Positions 48,370 through 53,538 of a stretch of DNA of 53,538 nt are shown here, piece by piece. Position numbers and translations under genes: made by a program. The notes under the pieces are model-generated. The model searched no databases. It was not told where the DNA came from and saw only the letters and a program-made list of their open reading frames with translations. Source of the stretch: an uncultured Opitutales bacterium (GTDB lineage: Bacteria > Verrucomicrobiota > Verrucomicrobiia > Opitutales > Intestinicryptomonadaceae); assembly GCA_900552245.1 (NCBI GenBank), contig URYY01000001.1:1-53538 (forward strand), in the 5' to 3' direction. Each line of letters begins with the position of its first letter. Within the stretch, counting starts at the first letter, position 1.

Positions 48370-49302
48370 CTAGAACTTTAGCCCCGTTATAATCGCCTTT
48401 TGCACGTGCAGGCGGTTTTCAGCCTCGTCAAAGATTATTGCGCGCTTGCTCTCCAAGACTTCGCGGCTCACTTCCTCGCCGGCGTGTGCGGGCAGGCAGT
48501 GCATGAATATCGCGCCATCATTTGCGAGCTTAAAGAGTTCGGAGTTAACCTGGTATGGCGCCATAGTCTTTAGACGCTCCGCCTTCTCGTCCTCCTTGCC
48601 CATGCTCACCCAGACGTCGGTATAGAGGACATCGGCGCCCTTTGCAGCCTTCTTCGGGTCCGGCTCAAAAGTCCAAGTGGGAGCTAAATTCGCATCTTTA
48701 AAGAACTGGTCGAGTTTCGCGCAAGGCTTGAACTCCTCGGGGCCGCTCAAGACAACCTCCAAGCCGAACATTCCGCCCGCAAGTGCGAGCGAATAGGCCA
48801 TATTGCAGGCGGTGTCTCCGTAGAATACAAACTTCTTGCCCTTGATAGCCTCCAGGGTCGGCTCGCCCTTACCGAAATACTCCATCATTGTAAATATGTC
48901 GGTGTAGCTCTGGCAGGGGTGCAAATCGTCAGTTAGCGCGTTTACAACCGGCAGATTTGAATATTTCTTGAAGTCCTCTACAACAGAGTGCTCGTAGGCT
49001 CTAATTACAAGACCATGCAAGTATCTACCCATGACTTTAGCGGTGTCTTCAATAGTTTCGCCGCGCGAAATTTGCAGGTCGTTTGCCTCCAAGACCATTG
49101 GGTTTGCGCCGAGCTCGTAAACACCCGTCTGGAAAGACAGGCGCGTGCGAGTGCTCTTTTTAAAGAATATAAGCCCCCAAGACTCGTCTTTTAATACGTC
49201 TAACCTGCCCGCAGGGCGAATCTTCTTATAGCGGTTGGCGATTGCAAAAACTTCCTTTGCCTCATCGTAGGAAAAATCTGTCTCTCTTAAAAATGATCTC
49301 AT
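48370..49302 (-). CDS. argF: Ornithine carbamoyltransferase
   Basis: STRTR, HPCQ, TDVWVSMG, HCLPAH.GEE and ENRLH.QK. Confidence 0.96.
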   Translation of the reverse strand: MRSFLRETDFSYDEAKEVFAIANRYKKIRPAGRLDVLKDESWGLIFFKKSTRTRLSFQTGVYELGANPMVLEANDLQISRGETIEDTAKVMGRYLHGLVIRAYEHSVVEDFKKYSNLPVVNALTDDLHPCQSYTDIFTMMEYFGKGEPTLEAIKGKKFVFYGDTACNMAYSLALAGGMFGLEVVLSGPEEFKPCAKLDQFFKDANLAPTWTFEPDPKKAAKGADVLYTDVWVSMGKEDEKAERLKTMAPYQVNSELFKLANDGAIFMHCLPAHAGEEVSREVLESKRAIIFDEAENRLHVQKAIITGLKF

Positions 49303-50495
49303 AGTTGCGCTATTGTTTTTTCAAATATTTTTAATGCCGATAAAACCTCGGATTTCTTTATGTTAAGCGGCGGCAAAAAACGCAGAGCATTTGAGCCTGC
49401 GGGAATCAAAATTAGCCCAGCCTCTCTGAGCTTTGCAGCCGCGTCCAAATTGCTGAAAGAGTCCGTAAAGAGCACGCCTATCATAAGGCCAAGGCCGCGC
49501 GCGCACTTAATCTTTTCGGGATACTTTGCAGCAATCTTATTCAAGTTAGAAAGCAAAAGCTTGCCCATTGTTTCAGCATTTTTGCAGAGGTCTTTGGATT
49601 TTATCTCGTCCATTACCGCATTTCCAGCAGCGCATGCCAAAGCGTTGCCGCCGAATGTAGAGCCGTGCGCTCCGGGTGTGAACAAATCCTGATATGGCTT
49701 TGACATCCATACCGCCCCTATCGGGAAACCTCCGCCCAAGCCCTTTGCCATAGAAATTGCATCGGGCTTTACGCCGAACTTCTTAAAGGCGGCAAATTTC
49801 CCCGTCCTGCCGATTCCGCACTGAACTTCGTCGAACATCAAAAGCGCGTTAAATTTGTCGCAAAGTGCGCGCAATTCTTTTAGAAAGCCCTTTTCTGCGG
49901 GCAGGACGCCGCTTTCGCCCTGTATTGGCTCTATTAAAATCGCCGCAACGTCGTCTGCCATTATTGCTTCAAAGCTCTTTGCGTTGTTAAATTCGGCGTA
50001 AGAAAATTGCGGCATAAGCGGCGAGTAGCCCTTTTGTATCTTATCTTGAGCCGTCGCCGATAGAGTCGCCAAAGTTCTGCCGTGGAAGCCGTTTTTTGCA
50101 ACTATTACCCTGAACTTTTCGCCCTCTTTGCCCGTAACTTTCACACCGTGCAAGCGCGCCAATTTTAACAGAGCCTCGTTTGCCTCTGCTCCGCTATTTG
50201 CAAAAAAGATCTTCCCCGGCCCCAGTTCAGAAACCAATTTTTCTGCCAAATCCGCCTGCGGAGCGTTCATGTACAAGTTGCTGCAATGCCCCAAGGTCTG
50301 CGCCTGATTTGCCAGAGCTTTCACGAGCTTTTTGTTGCAGTGCCCCAAGCTTAGCACCGCAATACCTCCGCCAAAGTCGAGGTACTTCTTGCCGTTTTCG
50401 TCCCAGACGTATGCGCCGCTGCCCCTTGACAGAGTTACTGTTCTATTGCCAAAGCAAGGCGCTAAAAATTTCTCGGTCTTTTCCTTTGTAGTCAT
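49299..50495 (-). CDS. argD: Acetylornithine aminotransferase
   Basis: NSGAEANE, FHGRT, EPIQGE.G, DEVQCG.GRTG, AKGLGGG.PIG and HGSTFGGN; ATG at 50495 preferred. Confidence 0.94.
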   Translation of the reverse strand: MTTKEKTEKFLAPCFGNRTVTLSRGSGAYVWDENGKKYLDFGGGIAVLSLGHCNKKLVKALANQAQTLGHCSNLYMNAPQADLAEKLVSELGPGKIFFANSGAEANEALLKLARLHGVKVTGKEGEKFRVIVAKNGFHGRTLATLSATAQDKIQKGYSPLMPQFSYAEFNNAKSFEAIMADDVAAILIEPIQGESGVLPAEKGFLKELRALCDKFNALLMFDEVQCGIGRTGKFAAFKKFGVKPDAISMAKGLGGGFPIGAVWMSKPYQDLFTPGAHGSTFGGNALACAAGNAVMDEIKSKDLCKNAETMGKLLLSNLNKIAAKYPEKIKCARGLGLMIGVLFTDSFSNLDAAAKLREAGLILIPAGSNALRFLPPLNIKKSEVLSALKIFEKTIAQL

Positions 50496-50502
50496 AATAA
50501 AA

Positions 50503-51393
50503 TTACTCCGTGACAATTTCCGTACCTATGCCCTTGTCGGTAAATATCTCCAAGAGCAAGCTGTGCGGCATGTAGCCGTCGATAAAATGGACTCTGCGCA
50601 CTCCGCTTTTAATTGCCTCTACGCCGCTATCGACTTTGGGCAGCATTCCGCCGCCTATTATGCCGATTTTTTTCAGGTTATCCACCTCCGAAACTTTAAG
50701 CGTTGATATCAAGCTATCGCGGTCTTTAGGATCGCGCATAAGCCCCGGGATGTCGCACAAAAAAACCAACCTGCGGGCCTTCAAAGCTCCTGCAACTGCG
50801 GCTGCCGCAACATCTGCGTTTGTGTTGTATATGTGCAGATTCTCGTCCAAGGCTATTGGCGAAATTACGGGAGTCTTTCCCTCGGCTATAGCCTTTTTTA
50901 TGAGCTTTGCCTTGACTGACGTAATCTTGCCAACATAGCCCAAGTCCAAATCATTGCCGTCTGCATCTTTTGAATAGAGCTTTTCGCAAGTTAGAACGTT
51001 GTTGCCGACAAGCGAGACAGCATCGCACTTGCTAGACTGCAAAAGTTCGCAAATTTCGCGGTTTACGTCGTTATTTAAAACGTCCTCGACAATCTCTACG
51101 GTCTTTTCATCGGTGACCCTCATTCCATTTTTAAATTCGGACTTTAGCCCCGACTTTGCCATTGCCCTGCTTATCGCCTTGCCGCCGCCGTGTACGACAA
51201 CCACGTTTATGCCCACAGCTGCAAGAAAGGCTATGTCTTGCGCAACCCTACCCCTTACCAATGGGTCCGGATCGTCCATAAAGGCCCCGCCGTACTTTAC
51301 GACAAAGGTAGCCCCTCTGAACTTTTGAATGTAAGGCAGCGCCTCAATTAAAATTCCTGCCTTTTTTGTGATAGATTCAAGGTGCAATTTCAT
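50503..51393 (-). CDS. argB: Acetylglutamate kinase
   Basis: EALPYI, KYGG, VHGGG, NTNAD, GGMLPK and LLEIFTD.GIGT. Confidence 0.96.
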   Translation of the reverse strand: MKLHLESITKKAGILIEALPYIQKFRGATFVVKYGGAFMDDPDPLVRGRVAQDIAFLAAVGINVVVVHGGGKAISRAMAKSGLKSEFKNGMRVTDEKTVEIVEDVLNNDVNREICELLQSSKCDAVSLVGNNVLTCEKLYSKDADGNDLDLGYVGKITSVKAKLIKKAIAEGKTPVISPIALDENLHIYNTNADVAAAAVAGALKARRLVFLCDIPGLMRDPKDRDSLISTLKVSEVDNLKKIGIIGGGMLPKVDSGVEAIKSGVRRVHFIDGYMPHSLLLEIFTDKGIGTEIVTE

Positions 51394-51407
51394 CTCAAAG
51401 CGCCTAA

Positions 51408-52643
51408 CTATTCTCCCTTGTTAAAATCTACATAAGCCTCTGATAGGTCCGTCGTAAGAAGGGACTCCGCAAAGTCGCCCAAATTCAAGTTCATGGTAAT
51501 CACAAACTCCTTCTTTGATACAATCTTCTTCCAAAGCTCCTTGTTCGCAGACTGGGGCTCGCCCTTTAAAAGCACAGCAGTATCGTCGTAATACAAATCG
51601 AGCTTAGAGAAGTCCAAGCCTGTTTTAGCGTAGCCAGCTGCGTCGGCAAGCCTGCCCCAATTGGGATCGCTGCCGTACCAAGACGACTTAACCAAGAGCG
51701 AATTGCAAATCGCCCTTGCTATGCTTTCAGCCTGCTGCTGGGTCTTTGCCCCCCTTACGCGCATTTCAACAACCTTTGTGATGCGCTCGCCGTCGGCAAC
51801 AATCTTGCGCGCAAGTGTTTGGCAAATCTGTGTAAGGGCGTCTTGGAAGGCCTCGAACATAACGCTATTGGGCTCTATAACTATGCCGCTTTTTGCAGAG
51901 CAAAGCGCAAGGACGGTATCGTTTGTCGACATATCGCCGTCAATTGTAATCTTATTAAAGCTCTTTAAAGCTGCAAAACTAAGCGCCTCTTTTAAAGTCG
52001 CCTGCGACATATCCACATCGCTTCCAATAAAAGCTAGCATTGTCGCCATATTGGGCTCTATCATGCCAGCGCCCTTTGCCATGCCGGCAATTGTAAACAT
52101 TCTGCCCTCGCAAACCACGCGCGCGCAAACAACCTTAATTTTTGTGTCGCTTGTGAGGATTGCATTCGCAGCCTTCAAGCCGTGCTCCGAGGTAGTTCCA
52201 AGAGATTCGAAAGCCTCGTCTATGCCCTTTCTAACCTTTTCCATGGGCATGCGCTCGCCTATTCTGCCAGTCGAGCAAACCAAAACTTGCGTTCTATCAA
52301 CGCCCAATTTCTTGGCTACTAGTGCGCACATTTCCGAGGCGTCGCGAAGCCCCTCTTCGCCGGTGCAGGCGTTTGCATTTCCACTATTTGCAACTACTGC
52401 CGCTATAGCCTGCTTGCGCGCAAGGTGCGCTAGGTCCGTCAAAACAGGAGCTGCCTTTACGTCGTTTGTAGTAAAAACTCCGGCGGCGGCCGATGGAGAA
52501 TCCAGCTTTATCAAAGCCAAATCGAGGCGCTTAAAATCGTCCTTATTTCTTATATCGCAAGCCACGCCCGCGAGCGAAAACCCAGCGACTTCCGCAAGCC
52601 CCGCGCATTTATCCGAAATCTCAACTGAATAAGCCTTACTCAT
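51408..52643 (-). CDS. argJ: Ornithine acetyltransferase / N-acetylglutamate synthase
   Basis: [27 protein letters not shown] autoproteolysis site, [12 protein letters not shown] and DPNWGR. Confidence 0.96.
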   Translation of the reverse strand: MSKAYSVEISDKCAGLAEVAGFSLAGVACDIRNKDDFKRLDLALIKLDSPSAAAGVFTTNDVKAAPVLTDLAHLARKQAIAAVVANSGNANACTGEEGLRDASEMCALVAKKLGVDRTQVLVCSTGRIGERMPMEKVRKGIDEAFESLGTTSEHGLKAANAILTSDTKIKVVCARVVCEGRMFTIAGMAKGAGMIEPNMATMLAFIGSDVDMSQATLKEALSFAALKSFNKITIDGDMSTNDTVLALCSAKSGIVIEPNSVMFEAFQDALTQICQTLARKIVADGERITKVVEMRVRGAKTQQQAESIARAICNSLLVKSSWYGSDPNWGRLADAAGYAKTGLDFSKLDLYYDDTAVLLKGEPQSANKELWKKIVSKKEFVITMNLNLGDFAESLLTTDLSEAYVDFNKGE

Positions 52644-52681
52644 CTTTCTATCTCCTTCTAAAATTTAATATTGCCAAAGTA

Positions 52682-53538
52682 CTACAACAAGCCCGCGCCT
52701 TCGTCAAAGCCGAAAAGCAAATTCATAATCTGAACGGCCTGGCCGCTTGCGCCCTTTACGAGGTTGTCTATTGCACTTGTTATAACAAGATTGTTCGTGC
52801 GCGAATCGTAAACTGCGGAAATATCGACTCTATTTGTGCCGCTTACGCTCAAAGTGTCGGGATAGACCCCTGAGGGCAAAACCTTAACAAAGCGCTTGCC
52901 CGCGTAGTACTTATTCCAAATTTCGTAAATCTTTTCCACCCCCTTAAAGACGGCCGGAACAGTCACGGTAGTCGAAATTCCCCTCGTCGCGGGCGATAGA
53001 TGCGGATTGAACTGAACTATCACGTCTTTGCCGGCAGCTATCGACATCTGCTCTTCAATTTCCGAAAGATGCCTGTGCTTAGGAAGCCCGTAGGCCGACA
53101 TATTTTCGTTTCTCACGCAATACGAATAAGCGATATCAGCCTTTCTGCCCGCTCCCGAAACCCCGCTGTAGGAATCTATTACGATGTGCTCAGTAGATAC
53201 CGCCCCCTCTCTAAGCAGCGGCAACATCGGAACCAATATGCTCGTCGGATAGCAACCTGGGCAAGCCACGAGCTTGCAAGACGAATCTATTTCAAAAAGC
53301 TCGGGTATTATGTATTTGCCAAGCTTTAAAAGCTCTGGCGCGGGGTGCTCAGTCTTGTAAAATTCCAAGTAGCGCTCAAGCGAACCGAGGCGGAAGTCGG
53401 CAGAGAGGTCTATAACGGTCTTTCCGGCGTCCAGCAAGGCCTTCGCATAATCAGCTGCAACTCCGTGGGGAAGCGCTAAAAACCATACATCGACGTCTTT
53501 CATGGCAGCCTGTGCCGCAGGGTCCGATGGCGCGTAGC
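52682..53538 (-). CDS. argC: N-acetyl-gamma-glutamyl-phosphate reductase; 5' end lies beyond the right edge
   Basis: LALPHG, DLSADFR, PGCYPT, SGVSGAGR, HRH..EI and IDNLVKGASGQA; frame is open to the window end. Confidence 0.95.
   Translation of the reverse strand, partial: YAPSDPAAQAAMKDVDVWFLALPHGVAADYAKALLDAGKTVIDLSADFRLGSLERYLEFYKTEHPAPELLKLGKYIIPELFEIDSSCKLVACPGCYPTSILVPMLPLLREGAVSTEHIVIDSYSGVSGAGRKADIAYSYCVRNENMSAYGLPKHRHLSEIEEQMSIAAGKDVIVQFNPHLSPATRGISTTVTVPAVFKGVEKIYEIWNKYYAGKRFVKVLPSGVYPDTLSVSGTNRVDISAVYDSRTNNLVITSAIDNLVKGASGQAVQIMNLLFGFDEGAGLL

Noticed and set aside
51661..52632. 323-aa plus-strand ORF
   Set aside because: Antisense shadow of argJ with no recognisable motif or RBS. 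The same applies to the many shorter antisense ORFs over smc, mfd, ffh and the TonB genes.
48370..53538. argC-J-B-D-F operon as novel
   Set aside because: Standard cyclic arginine pathway with canonical motifs and a gene order familiar from other bacteria.

Overview
Bacterial chromosomal window, most likely Verrucomicrobiota/Opitutales. That placement is an inference from the TIGR03790-like protein, Tat-exported Gfo/Idh/MocA enzyme, OprB porins, LpxR and SMC; no search was run. Most of it is housekeeping: ygiQ (partial), mnmA, rsmI, folK/folB/folP, rsmD, ffh, ppx, rpmH-rnpA-yidD-yidC, yebC, leuC, smc, parA-rnc-mfd-surA, ribD and argC(partial)-argJ-argB-argD-argF, plus RNase P RNA and tRNA-Arg(CCG). 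The ORF track misses rpmH and ygiQ. The most interesting parts are: (1) a stand-alone squalene-hopene cyclase coupled to a TetR gene, with twin palindromic operators over its promoter and an ATPase-less DevB/DevC exporter nearby; (2) a ~5 kb islet between smc and tRNA-Arg carrying LemA plus a MAG1210-like membrane protein and a MarR-controlled HDAC-fold enzyme that keeps its metal ligands but has a rewired catalytic site; (3) an unassigned structured element upstream of an OprB porin; (4) a Vibrio TonB2-like energiser cluster in one operon with folate genes; (5) recurring 16-bp-spacer promoters, some apparently leaderless. No CRISPR array, IS, integrase or prophage was seen. All family calls come from motif recognition by eye.
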